From Klebsormidium nitens (Eukaryota; Plantae; Klebsormidiophyceae), in assembly GCA_000708835.1 (NCBI GenBank), contig DF237481.1:1-62162 (forward strand): a DNA stretch of 62,162 bases. Reading direction: 5' to 3'. How positions within the stretch are numbered: position 1 is the first letter of the stretch; every line of letters begins with the position of its first letter. Made by a program: the position numbers and the translations under genes. Shown piece after piece: positions 11,776 through 25,200 of this stretch. The notes under the pieces are model-generated. The model did no database searches and was not told the origin of the DNA. It saw only the letters and a list, made by a program, of their open reading frames with translations.

Positions 11776-13268
11776 CCACCGAGGCCCTGGAGCCTGGAGG
11801 GCCTATCTAGGTGTTGAGTCTTGACCCGGCTACCGTAGTCATCTCGAAGAAGTCGGGGCGGTTAAAAGCCCGGTCTTCTCGGGATTCTAGGGCAGGTTTC
11901 TGGCCGTTGGATTATTGCACAAGCTGGTTCGAAACTTAACAGCCAAGAAATCGAACCGTCCAATCTCGGTACCGAAAACAGCACTGCGGCCTGGGCACTG
12001 GGCAAAAGTGGGCAAAAGTAGGTAGGAGACCGTAGGACTGGGGCTAGGGTTGGCAGAACGGTCCAGACCGAACCACGGGATTGTTGCGAGGTACCCTTTG
12101 GGTGACGTTCACCGCAGCTCGCGGGCGGCGTCCGACATGATTGCAAGTTTTCCGCTTCTACCGGATTAAACGCAGACATCAGTGGGCCGTACGTCAAATT
12201 AAGTTTGAGATCCGAGAAAGACGCCGGATTGCCAGTTAAATTGTACGGCCGCTCGTGCGGCCGCCCCGAACGCCCGCCGCGCGGCCTGCGCCCCACCCAG
12301 GCCGGGACGGTACGGCAGGGCAGATCGCCCGTTGACAAAAATGTTTACGCAGAGCATGTGTGAAGTTTCGCATTGGTCGAAGCTTCATGAGGCGCATTCT
12401 AGGTTGCTTTAGCAGGACTCGCAGGGGTGACTTGCAGGTTTCAGAATTGAGGAGGCCCTGAAGGCTTCCATTAATGGTCAAACAGCAAATATGTTCCAAC
12501 AGGGCAGGATTTGTCGATCTCCAAATGGACGGGCCCAAAACACTCTGGAATGTGCTCTGAACCGGGCAATCTACATGCATTCGTCCAACGCTTGTAATAC
12601 TGATGGCGCTATTCGGATGAATCCTTCTCTCGATGCCTGTGCGTATCAAAAAGACGAAAACGTGGGGCGTTGCCGTGGCAAAGGTTCAAAGTTCAAGTCG
12701 TCAGAGATTTTAACTTGCTGGGAATCTACAGATTTTCTGTCCCGCGAAACGAAAGAGCCAGGAGCTGACAGAGATGGATATGCACTTTTACTTGACCTTG
12801 TGTGATTAATTGTACATGCTCGACTCGGAATGGCAATTTTGGGAAGCCGAGGGGCTGCCAAAACGGCCAGGTATTGCAATATTCGGCTCAACGCATCTGA
12901 TTTGTCACGTAAGAACATTGATATCCTGCCAAATGGTCTTTATCAACAACTGAACACAAGAGTCAACGGAAAAAATCCAAGTGCAGGAACAGCTCTATCT
13001 CGGCATTCAGGCACGGTCGACAAGCAATTGGCGATGAATGGGCGTTGTGTGCACTGGTTGCTCTCCAATCCTGTCCACCATAGCAACCAACTGAAAGCAG
13101 ACAGTCAATTGCATTGTAATCAATATCGAGGTCCCTGAGCTCAATCGTTTCTGGAATTGAAGGAGATGTTCAAACGGTGGAAATGCTGCGGAATGTAAGT
13201 CTTCCTAGAGAGCCTGATCTTCTGGAGGCGGACAATACCACCTTCAGCTCATAGAGCGTCAATTGTAT

Positions 13269-16200
13269 CTACTCCTTCGGCTTGTCCTTGTGTCGACCAT
13301 ACAGGTCGAAGACCTTAGAGATCATGACTCCCCTGTTGAGTGCGTGGCTATACAGGATCTGGGTCTGCAAGACTGCGAATGACGGGATCCACGCCAGGAT
13401 GCCGACTGGCATGAAGGTGATGAGGAGCATGAAGTACTCGTAGCCCTTGGCAAGCTCGCGGAGGGAATCCCAAAGGCCGGCCCATTTGACGATCGGCCGA
13501 AGAGCGATCAGCGTCTGCAGAGGGATGAAAACGACGATTGTCAGCTTCAGCTATTTTTAAAAGCTGACGTTGCAACATTATTCTCGTTTGAGATTTCATA
13601 TCACACAATTGCCTGGCAGCCGTCTCATTTGAAAGTCGTCCGGTTATCCTTTGTGTGGCGAGCGAAAGGGGAGCATGGTTTCTGCTCGTTAGCTTCGCGT
13701 ATTCTTGTCAGAACGGCTCACGTCAAGCAGCCCTTTCGATCGAGAAGCAACACGCACGTCTACTTTTTACACAAACTACGGCAGTTTTGAGACTCCGCGC
13801 CTTTGTTGACGCTTTTTCTTCTCTGTCGCTTTGTTCGTCAAGTAGTCATGTTTCTATCGAGCTACCTTTTTGCGAAGGTACTTGGTTTCCACTTATTTGC
13901 ACTATTCAATTCTGATTTCGCGCTCACTTTAATTTTTCAAGACGACGGCGTCCTTAGTTGCGCCCTCCCCTCTGCTGGACTAGATCTATCTCTTCGACAC
14001 ACTTCCAGACAACGCAGAAGGACACGAAGAACTAACGTCCCTAACCGTCGTCCGACAGCAGATTGGTAAGCTGGGTCAAAACGCTGGCCCGACCAGTCCT
14101 TGGTCCAATCCTTTCTACCATCTGAACTTTGCCTGCGTGCCCTTCGAGAAGCTAGCGGCAACACTCTCCTCCGCGAGAAAAACAGAGGAAAAACGAGAAA
14201 GCGGGCCAAAAGAGAGAGAAATCAGAGAACAAACGAGAGGCGCGAGAAAAAGCGAGCTCACGTTGAGCAGCCCCCAGGAGGTGGTGCAGAGCACGAGCAG
14301 CATGATGACGAGGTCGCTGAACTTCTCCCACACGAGCGACACGTACACGATGATCCCAATGCTGGCCAGGAACGCAACCACCTTCCAGATGCGCACCCAG
14401 TTGCTCTTGCGGCTGCGCACCTCGCCCGACTTGTCGTCCACCTTGTCGTCCGCGCCGCCCTTGCCCACGCTCGCCAAAATCTGCGGCGACCAGAAAGAAG
14501 AATGCTTTGAGACGAGCCAAGTTTTCATGCGTTGATTGAGTCTCGAAATCCCTCAATTCCTTGCTTTTCGAATCTCTCCTAGGAGGCCAGGATCTGCGGC
14601 GACCAGAAAGAAAAATACTTAAAGAGAAGCCTAGCTGTTTTTCGTTAACCGACTCTCTAATCCCTCAATTCTTCGCCTTTCGACTTTCTCCTAGCTGGCC
14701 AGGATCTGCAGCAACCACAGATCTGATTCAGAAAGGCAGGCGGGGCTTCTCAATCGACTTGGGTCCGACTTTCTCCGTGCCTGGTTTCCATGCCTGCCCG
14801 TCATCACCTCGGCGTGATGCTGCTGCTACCACGAATTATGCATCTCAAAACCTGCCTAACGATTTTCAATTGTGTTTTCGACCTTTGCAAGATGTTTGAT
14901 ATGAACACCGAAATACAGATTAGACGGGCCAGGCGAATACGAGGCGCCAATGCCAGCTTATGGTATGATTGAGATTTAGAAGACTGTCTTGTTCCTGGCC
15001 CGTTTATGGAGTTTGAGCCCCAAGTTGCCGTCCAGAGAATGAAGTCCTTCATACAAAGCTTAGAGAAACATAGGAAGCACTAGCAGCCAAACGTATATTC
15101 AAGTACTTGGACCGGAGCCCCCAAGTACGCATCAACAAAAGGGACGAAGCCAAGCCGCCACGAGAAGCAAATAGGCGGCCGATCCTGCCATCTTGCAGAA
15201 GCAGAGGAAGTGAATAGACAAACATCCTGCACAAATTTTTCAGCCGTATCTAGTTGTATAAGCAGCAGTCTTGGTTTGCACCACCAGAATTCTTGGTCTT
15301 TCAGGTACACGAAGAAGACAAACGTGGAATTACGACTTCCCAATCAGTGAGACCACCAGAATTCCTGGTCTTTCAGATAGGTACACGAAGAAGACAGAAC
15401 GTGAAGTACGACTCCCCGATCAATGACCCGTACCTTGCAGAGGCAGAGGAAGATGAGGATGGCGGCCATATGATATGGTTCAGATTGTAGAGTGCCAATC
15501 AGTTTAGCCCACTGATTTGACCTACCTTCAAACGTGCAGTCAGGAAAAGTGGAGTCAAGATCACGCATGAACAGATAACGACGCAAGAAGACGCCACAAG
15601 GACCAAGGCGGCCTCTCCCCGTACCTTGCAGAGGCAGAGGAAGATGAGGATGGCGGCCCATGATTCGGCGTAGACGATCCAGCGGTTGCTGCCCGCGGTG
15701 GCGACCTGCATGCGGTACACAAGGCCGTACTGCAGCCAGAACCAGCGCAGGTTCATAAACACCTCCAGCACGCGCCCGCTCCAGCTCGTCGTCTCCAGCA
15801 GCTCCTGGGAACAGCGAAAGAAGAAATGGGGTGTCAGGGGGGCTCAGTTTGGTTCGGACTATGTCTAGATTCTGCAAAGTGCGATGTCTCTAGTGGATTA
15901 TTGACTTAGCTTTAAGATCAGATAGAAGTTGAAACTTCTGACATTCACCTGGCTGCTCTGGTTGGATAGATTCAGATCAAAAGCCGAAGTTTGTGCGCGG
16001 GTTTGAGGTGGGGGTTCTATTGCACTCCAGAAAACAGGTCAAGTCCAAGATACTAGTCTGGACATGAGCTTTTATCCAGAATTGCAACCCTAGAAATCGC
16101 ATAGCAAACTGGTCGCTTTGTAAACAACGTTGCGAACGATAGGGGAACGGAGCAGTAGTAAATGCTGATCAGGCGAAACAGCGTACCTGCTCTTCTTCCC

Positions 16201-19200
16201 ACCAGACTTCCCAGCTGGTGTTGGAGTCGTGGCCCAGGGTCCCGGGCGTGTTCATCCACTTGAGCGCGTCTCTGTAGTCCTCAACGACCCTGCGAAACGA
16301 GTAGGAGTACAATTCAACTTTCGGCAAAATGTAAGTTCTTGAATGCGTTTCTTACATCCATTAGACTCGCACCATTAGGATTACGCGTTTCATGTCTGCT
16401 ACATCGCGTGCCTAAGAGAGTTCAAAGCCTCGAGACGGCATCCGGAATCTGCTGCAAACGATGACCTTCTTGGAACGCACAGCCGAAGTGACCGAAGCAC
16501 GGTCACAAAGATACTCGCATTTGAATAGAGGCGCCTAAAAACAGAGCAGAACATGTTCAGCTTTTCTGTAAATGAGTGACCGACCGACCGACCGACCGCA
16601 AGAGGGGACTGAGAAGTGAACAAGTCGCGTACCTAGCCCAGACGAAGCCGGACGGGTTGAAGATGAAGGGCGCCAGGAGCCACGACACGGACATGAGCCA
16701 CACCGCAAAGGTGACCAGCCCGTAGCCGCTGACCTGTATCCACAATTGTACGAAGAGTTGGTATATTTCAAACAAAACAAATCCTTGCATACCTGAAGGA
16801 GAGATCTTGAGCCAAATTCAGATTACTGCAATCTGATTGTACTCTGTTGCTTCGAAGTACGTGTTGAACTCAAAGTAGCAAGAAGATCAGGTTTTCGCGT
16901 TTGGGATGGACGTCAAAACGAAGGAAGTTCCCCTCCATGCACGATTTCATTCCAAAACATTCGGTTCAACAATAAAGTTATAAAGCTGACCTCGCCCCAC
17001 ACGCGGTACAGGATGAGCAGGAAGATGAACTCAAACGCCTTCACGAAGTGGCTGCGGCTGTAGGTGCGGTAGATCTCCGCGAAGCTGATGTGCTTGACGG
17101 AGAAGCCGCGGCCGGTGCCGCGGTACATGGCGCCGCCGTGGTTGAGCGTGCGGCCGAAGTAGTGCATCTTGGTGCCGATGTGGAACGAGAAGTAGAGCGA
17201 GGACAGCTGGAACTGGAGCTGGATGAACTCGATGATCGCCTGCGGAGAAAGGTTAGGTTCAGAAAGCAGATCCAAGAGAAATGCGCTCAATAATCGATCT
17301 CAGAAGGGAAGCAGAGGCCGAAGTAGTGCATCTTGGTGCCGATTTGTAAAGGAAGGTGAAGAGAGGACAGCTGGAACTGGAGCTGGATGAATTCTATGAT
17401 TGCCTGCGGGAAGGAGGCGGGTGAGAGACCGAAAGACTTATTTCAGGAGGAGTGGAAAACATTATAGTGATTAGAGAGACAAGAGCTGTATGGACTTCAT
17501 GGTGGCCTCCGGAGACTGCGGGGTCAACAAGAGGTCGCGGAATCGAAAAGCGAGCGAGAGGGGAAAGTGTCCCTTCGTTCAGTCCTCCGTTCTGGATGGT
17601 TGGAACCGTTTGTTTTAGTCTACCGCAGCGTTGACTCCTCTCTTTTGATCATCATTGAAGTTCTCTCAGAGAAACCAGCGGTCAGGGATCAAAATCTTAC
17701 ACCCCGAGTGCAGTCACATAATCGATGCAGCAGGTTTGAGAATTGCAGCATCTTGTTATTAAGCATCTGCTTTCTTTCTGTGGGGTTCTCACTTGGAAGA
17801 AGCCCTTGGCGAGCGAGAGCTCGACGAGCATGGGCATGGTGGTGAGCATGGAGATCTGCAGGAGCCACTCGGCGCTCTGGCTGGTGACGATCTTCTGGTT
17901 CTGCAGGTACAGCTCCTCCTCCAGGCCCGTCATCGCCAGCAGCAGCCGCGAGTACAGCAGCGCGTACAGCACGATGATCAGCAGCTGCGCGAGGTTGAAA
18001 CGGGGTTTAGGAAGCGAAAACCCGAGTTACTGATCGATTGAAGACTCAATTGAAAGACGATTCAGAAGCTAAAACTTGCAGCTTCTGCTCCAGGCGAGTC
18101 ATTGCCAGCAACAGCAACGAGTAGAGCAGCGCGTATAGCACGATAGTCAGCAGCTGCAGCGTATAGACGCCGTGTTAGAAATCGGGTTAGGAAGCGGATT
18201 AGGAAGCTGGGACCCCAGTTGAAAGTCGATTGCACTCCAACTTCGAAGCCGGTTGAGGACCGATTGTTGAAAATCTGAGAAATGAGAAACGAGTTTATAA
18301 CTGAGAACCTTGTAGATGTCTGGGTTCTGTCAAACTGGAAAAAGCAGGCCGCAGATCCTCGATCTTCAGTAGAACCCTAAGGATGACTGAAAGCAAAGGC
18401 GCTACAAAGAGCTAGCTTTTATATTTAGACCTATTGTTGTCAAGGGAGTCTGTCACTCTTGCCAATCTTCTTGTTGATCTGTTCCAACTAGACCGGAGAG
18501 ACAGACAGTGGCAATTCTGAAAAAAAGAGCCGTTTATCACCGTGGAGTTGATGTAGAAGCCGACGCCGGTGTAGTAGTAGCTGAGCATGCGGAAGAAGTC
18601 GAAGCGGTGCGCGAGGCGGTACATGTCGCGCGTGGTGACCTGCTCGCCCAGCCCGCACGCCACCTTGGCCTCGAACTTGGCCAGCTGATCGAAGCCGACG
18701 TCACGGCCCTTGCCCACCTGGATGTACTCGTGGTGCGTGATGGTGCCGCCACGGAGCGTCATGTTGAAGCCTGTAAATGAAGAGAAAGATCCTTTAGAAA
18801 GGGCCAGATATGAGGATTGGATATACGGGGCGATTTAATGATCGTACTGGTGCCGCTGTGCAGCATTACCAGGAAGCCTGGCCGCTAGTGAGTTGGCTCA
18901 ATCTGAGATGCTGACGCGATCTTCATGTTTCTTGCATCCTGTGAGGTGAAGTTGGGATGCAATAAGAGAATGATCATTGCTGTCTGCTTTCGTCTGCTAC
19001 ACTGTGAGTTATTACTGCTTCACGCTGAAGAATCTTCCTTTGCGGGCGAACGAGCGAGAGAGAGAAAGGTCTAGACTCTTCATTCCTCTTCCAGTTGTAT
19101 TTCTGCCCGCACACGCGCAAAAGCATCTGCGTAAGCTGTTCAAGAGCACAAAGAACTGTACGCAAACTTGCAGAAACTGCCCGCGCGCGCTCCACTCACC

Positions 19201-22200
19201 GGCGAACACGTCTTCCGACACGTTGATCCCCTTGGATCCCTTGCTCATGCCGCCGCGGGTGATCGAGAACAGGCGGTCGAAGATATCCGGGTGCCCGTAG
19301 TGCATCCTGACGCGCAGCGGCGTCGCCATGACGCGCTGTGCCAACGTCACGAAGCTCATCTCCTGGAGGCTCATGAAGTAAGCGAGGCTGGAGACGGAGC
19401 CGGTGAAGATGTACTCGCGGAAGCCGATGACCGCGCGGTGCGGGCCGTCGCGGCCGCGCCCCGCGGTGATGTCCAGCTCCTCCAGCAGGTTGCGCATCTT
19501 GAACGCCTCCTCGAGGTTGCAGTCCTGAAGGAAAAGGCGGGAGAGCTTAGCTTTTAGAATCTTGGACGAGAGTTCTTTTTCTGTAACGGGACCTTGGCTG
19601 TTCTGAAGTTGTCCCGTGGTGAGGCTGACGTGGCAAGAAAGAGACGCTGCTCTTGAACTGGCTTCATGCGAGACCATAGTTTAACCCAGGAAAAGGAAAA
19701 CCACAAGAAGACTAGCTACCATTTCGATCGGTCTGACCATTGTTGCTGACGTAGATGCCACAAAAAGGGTTCAATCACTTTATCACAGTCGTAAAGGCAG
19801 CGAGTATGTTGAGACAGCTTCGGTCAGTGAGCACAGATTCTCCAAGAAAAGTAACCTGACTCATGCCGCCAAGATTCTCAGACGACATTCTGCTGTAGAG
19901 TAAGTCTTACTAAGATTTCTGGCTTACCTGATTCATATCGATCGCCTGCACGCCGTCTCCCCTGGTGAAGATAAGCGCGTGATTCTGGTTCTCGGGCTTG
20001 CCCTCGCCAATCCGCATGGGCCCCGGGAGCTGCACCCGGTAGACCTCCTCCTCCTTGCCGTTCTCCCACTTCATCAGCACTGAGTAGACCTTCTTGAGGT
20101 GCTTCCCAACGCTGTTGTAAGCGGGCAGGGGCACCTCGTCTTCATAGGCAACGCGGAGGAAGGGGTACCTGAATTGCGGAAGCACGAGTCAGCAGGGTTG
20201 GAAATGCAGAGGACATTTACTCTGGTAGAAGGTGGTGCTTCATTGGCAAGGGTGGATGAGACCAGGACCTGGTCATAAAGCTGGAAGAGAATCGATTCAG
20301 ATCAGAAAGCCTGATTCAGAAACGCTTACAGTTTCCGGTGTCTGATTGTGGCGCATTTGAAAAAGCTTCGTGCATCCCCGAATGCCTGTTGGTGCTCTTA
20401 GGAAGAGTACCGAAGAATTCAGTCAGGAATGTTGTTGCCGGTCAGCCACCGTGCATATAGATCCTGCCGAGCATATTCTGGAAAAGCAAGCGGTCAAATC
20501 TCAAGAAAGCCATACATGGTTTCCGTTCATGACTTTTGCAAGATTTGCAGACTGTTACCTCTTGAGCAACTCATGGATGTCCGCAACGCGGGGGTCGGCC
20601 GTCCGCTTCTCCTGTCCGTACGTCTGGCAGGACACGACGTGCGTGAACTTGGTCCGGATGATGGCCTGGATGGTCTGCCACTTGTCGGCCTGGACGGAGC
20701 CGGCGTTGGCGCCCTTGAACGCGGGGAAGCCTTTGCTCAACTCTGCAGAAAGAAAGTCAACAGATTTTCAGAGGTGATCTTTAGTGAGAAAAGGTGGGAG
20801 CGGGGCCAAGCACTTCACAGTTATCAGACTGGTTTTCAAATGCAATCTAAGGCTCACTTGTAACTAAGCCACGTCGATCGTAAAACTGAGACAAGTCATC
20901 AGGTTCATAAGCGGCTTCAACCAAAACTTCGCCGGTACGAGCTTCATCAAGCTTAAAACCAATCTGTTTTTGGCGTAAGTCTCTAAACGACCTCATTAGC
21001 TGCACATCAAGCATCTTCTCATTCTAACCAACACGAGCCTCGTGAAAGCGCAGGTACAGAAAGCGAAAAGAACCCCACACCTCGCACAACGCGCTCCAAA
21101 ACAGGTTCCCACTCACCGACTTGGCTGGCGAGGTCGAAGAACGCCTGCAGCTCCAGCGCGCGCACGTAGTACATCATGCCGCGCACCGTGCGCGCGAGCG
21201 TCTGCCCGCGGCACGACGCCCAGAGGCGCAGCTCCATGCCCTTGTTCTTGCTCCACGCCTCGTCCTCATCCATCTTGGTGCGCTCCAAAAAGTTCTGCCA
21301 CTCGTCGGGGTACACGTTCTGGAGGTAGAAGATGATGGAGAGGCCCTCTTCGTTCTCCTTCTTGAGCTGGCTCATGGTGTAGATGATCTCCTCCTTGTGC
21401 ATGGGAGTCAGCGTGCTGCAAAAGATGAAGAGTGGGTGGTTTGAGCGCTTGCAGCGGGTCTTCGCTTGTGTCAAGATGGTTTCTCAAAGAACAATCTGTA
21501 AGCGCGCCCCGCTCCGTTTCTTATTTTTCCGCTTGTTTGTCTCAAGAGTCAACAGCCACGCTGAGATCTGCTTCGTGGAGCCAAAGGAAGCCAACTTAGG
21601 GTCGAAGCTGTTCGATCATTCACGTTCTGTATGAGCGAGGAACTGCAACCGCAATAGAACTTCAGGAACTTTCAAGTGAATGAAGCACCTAAAGCTGCTA
21701 TTGGTAGCCAACTTCAAAGCATAAACAGACCCAAAACTTGCGGTTTTTAGAGCTGTCTTGGAATGAAGTGGTCAGAGCGAAAGACCGAGCTAATTGCGGA
21801 AAAAGCAGTGGAAGTAGTGCACTCACGTGAAGGGCACCATCTTGCGCACGGGCGGCGGGCTGGGCATGTCCATGAACAGGCTGTTGGTGAACCAAATGAT
21901 GCGCCGCCTGGCTTCGTCGTTGGACGGCTCGTTTGCGTTGCCGGGGACAGCTGTCAGCAGCACGTACAGCCGCTTGGCCTGCTCCAGGAAGGGTGTGAGA
22001 TCCTTGGGTGGGTACTCAATCTCGGGGAGCGGGTCCGCGCACGCCCACAGCTCCATGCCGTTGGCGCCGTTGAGCACGCCTGACTTCTGGAGGTCCTCTC
22101 TGCAGAGTGGGCTGGGTGATGTTAGAGGGATTTTAATGACAAAAAGTAGAGAACAGAGTTTCCTTGAAGTAATCCGCGGGGTGAGATTGCTTTTAGGGAG

Positions 22201-25200
22201 GTCTGAATGAGGTGCAGGTAAACAAGGTGGAATTGAAGCTGCTTGATGATCGTGGTAAGAGGTTCAGAGTAAAAACCGAATTGATATGCTTGCGCTTGGA
22301 AGCACTTTAACAAGATTATTTCCATTAAGACGAACAGAAGGAAGTCTTCCACCCTTCTCGCTTGGCTTGATCCTTCGAGACAGATGCGAAACTCGGAGCT
22401 TGTTCCTTCACGTTTACTAGCTTTTCTCCATTGAATCTGCTCAATTTCTTGTGTTCCGTTCCGTTCAATCCGCCGGACTCCGCTCACCTGATCTTGGTGC
22501 TGATGAGGTCGTGCAGCAGGACCTCGTACACGTCCTGCATCTTTTGGACCACGTCCGGCTGCTTGTCGTGCTTCGCGGGGCCCGAGATAAGCTTCACCAG
22601 CTCGACCACCTTGTGCAGCAGCTTGGGCACCATGCCCGTCTGGCACGTGCTCATGAACGTGCCGTCCGCGACCGAGTTGTCGATGATGTCGAACAGCGCT
22701 TGCAACACCCTGCGGCGCAGGAAAAAAGTCGTCAGGGGGCTGAGATTTCGGGGTCAAAATTCAGAATATGGCACGGAAGTCGTTGCTTGATTAACTCAGA
22801 GTAGATGCATGATGATGCATTTGGAAGCATGGGGACGAAATTTTCTCTAGAACCTCATCTAGCGGCGTAGTCCAGATGTGACCGGAAGCAGCACTTCTTG
22901 CAAGGATAACGTAAGGCGATCAGGAATCAGACAGACTGATCTATCTCTCAGCAACTTCTTCAGACATATGCTTCTTGGATTCCCGTTGTCGATTCTCCGA
23001 ATCAAAGAGAGGCACAGAATTCGAATTACTTGCAGCCAAAAGGGCCTCACCTCAGCTCCGCCTGCCCTGAGACGAGCGCCTTGAGCAGGATACGCAGCGC
23101 GTTGTACGCTTCGATGACCGCGCAGCGCATGAGCTCGTCCTGCGACAGCTGCTCCCACAGCTCTCTGTCCTCGCCCTTGTGGTGCGCGGCGTGCTGGACC
23201 GCGGAGTTGATCTTGCCGGCCAGCAGGAACACGGGCCACTGGATGACCGGCATGATGCCGGACGCGTAGGGCACCTGGAGCATCAGCATCTCCCTGCGGA
23301 GAAAATTCCGGGGTCAAATTTCAAGGAGCATTTCATCTTCTGCCCGATTTCAGGTCAGAAACCTGGGTTTGGAGTTTCGGAAGACTTTGAGAGATTGGTT
23401 TACAATTGGGACATCGAATACCAAACTTTTGGGGGCAGCTTTCGAAAACTGGATGCTTTTCGTCGAGTCTCGAAAAGTGGTGATGCCGGCGGCGGAGCTA
23501 GAGACGCGCTCGCCTACCAGCTTGATTTTAGCACGGACCACCTAAAAGCTTTGCAGCACTTCATTTTTTACAGTCTTCTTAGTTTCCGAATCAAGTTCTG
23601 ACCCACCAGGATTGCATCTGAATTTGGTCACGAGGGAGCTCAGGACTACTTCTGACTTACTGGTTGCTGATGATGTCCTCCTCCCGCATGCTGGAGATGA
23701 CGTCATTCCAGACTTGCGCGAAGATGGCGGAGCGGAGGTACTCGGTGGGGGGCGTCTCTGTGACCTTGAGGCGGGACTCCGGGATGGCCTCCAGAGTCTC
23801 CTTCTTGGAAGCCGCTGACGTTCTTCGCTTCTTTCCTTTCGCCTGCAGAGGAAACGACCCAAGATTAAGTGCGAAAGCACTACAGAATTTCCCGAGGTTT
23901 CCGCAAGGGGTACAGCTCTTCGCCTTCTTATTTTGTTAGCTAGGTGTCGCGGAGCCAAAGATTGATAAGCAAGCGATAAGAGAGTGATACCCAGTTAAGT
24001 CGCATGCGCAATCCATCTTCAAGCAGATAATATGACCTTCCTGAATTTTTGGCCTCGCGTTACGTACCCTGCGGTCGTAACTCCGGATTCAAGCACGAAA
24101 AGCTTTCTTTCGTGCCCGCGTTTCTCTGAATTTCCGAAGTGCCACCGCATAAATGAAGAAGCATTGATGCTTACCGCCGCATCCTTGCTGCCCTCAGCCT
24201 TGCTCTCCGCGTTCACTTCGTCGATCGCCTGCGACATGGCGGCCGCGGTGAGGCTCTCGAAGCGGGGGAGGGGCGTCATGGGCCCGTTGTCGGCCGCCGT
24301 CTTGAGCAGGTCGTTGGGGATGAGCTTCTCTTGCAGCTTAGCGGGCAGCGTGTTGAAGCGCTGGCGGACCACGGAGAAGGTGCGGATCTGCGGAATGCAT
24401 GGAATGATCATCAGACGTGCGCTTGATGGTCTTGTTGATGAAGGGGAAGTAGGAACGAACGAGAAATTGTCGAACTGCCAGACCTTCTCAGCGGTTCCGG
24501 AGAGTTTGATTGCTCAGAGGAAAGCAGATCCATACAAGGTCCCCTCGTAAAAGCCATACAAATTTCAGACAAGCCGTGTTTCTAGATGTCAGGGACGGTA
24601 CTGGTAGCCCAGCAAGCTGATTCAATAGGTTCTCAGGTTCGCCCCACTACAAACAACAGTTCCTCAGCGAGAGCATTATCTCAACGTCAGCATATCGGAA
24701 GCTTTATATTGAACGGAGGACCCAGTGTGCATACCTCGTGGTGCCTGCCGCGCGCGCCGACAAGGCCTCCCGTCAGCGCCGAGATGACGAAGTACCAGAC
24801 GGTCATGTCCAGGAAGTACACCAGGGCGATGGGCCCCCAAAGCGCCGCGTGGCCCAGGTAGTTCCGGCAGCCGGGGAAGATGTCCCACGTCTCGTAGTGG
24901 ATGCACGTGTCCCAGAGCGGCCGCGAGTTTCCGATCAGCGGCAGCACCTGGGTTAAGAAGTTGGTGTCAGGTCGTGAATATTGGTAATGCGTACCAGTTT
25001 TGAGGTTAGGGGTTAAGATAACACGACATCGGGTTGCTGTCCTACTGGAGAAGAAGCTCCACGTCTCGTAGTGGATGCACGTGTCCCACAGCGGCCGCGA
25101 GTTGCCGAATCAGCGGCAGCACCTGGATCAAGGAGTTGATACTTGATTCATGAATTAAGTTGGCTTTGATTCCTTAAGGTTTCTGGAGTTGAGGGTTATG

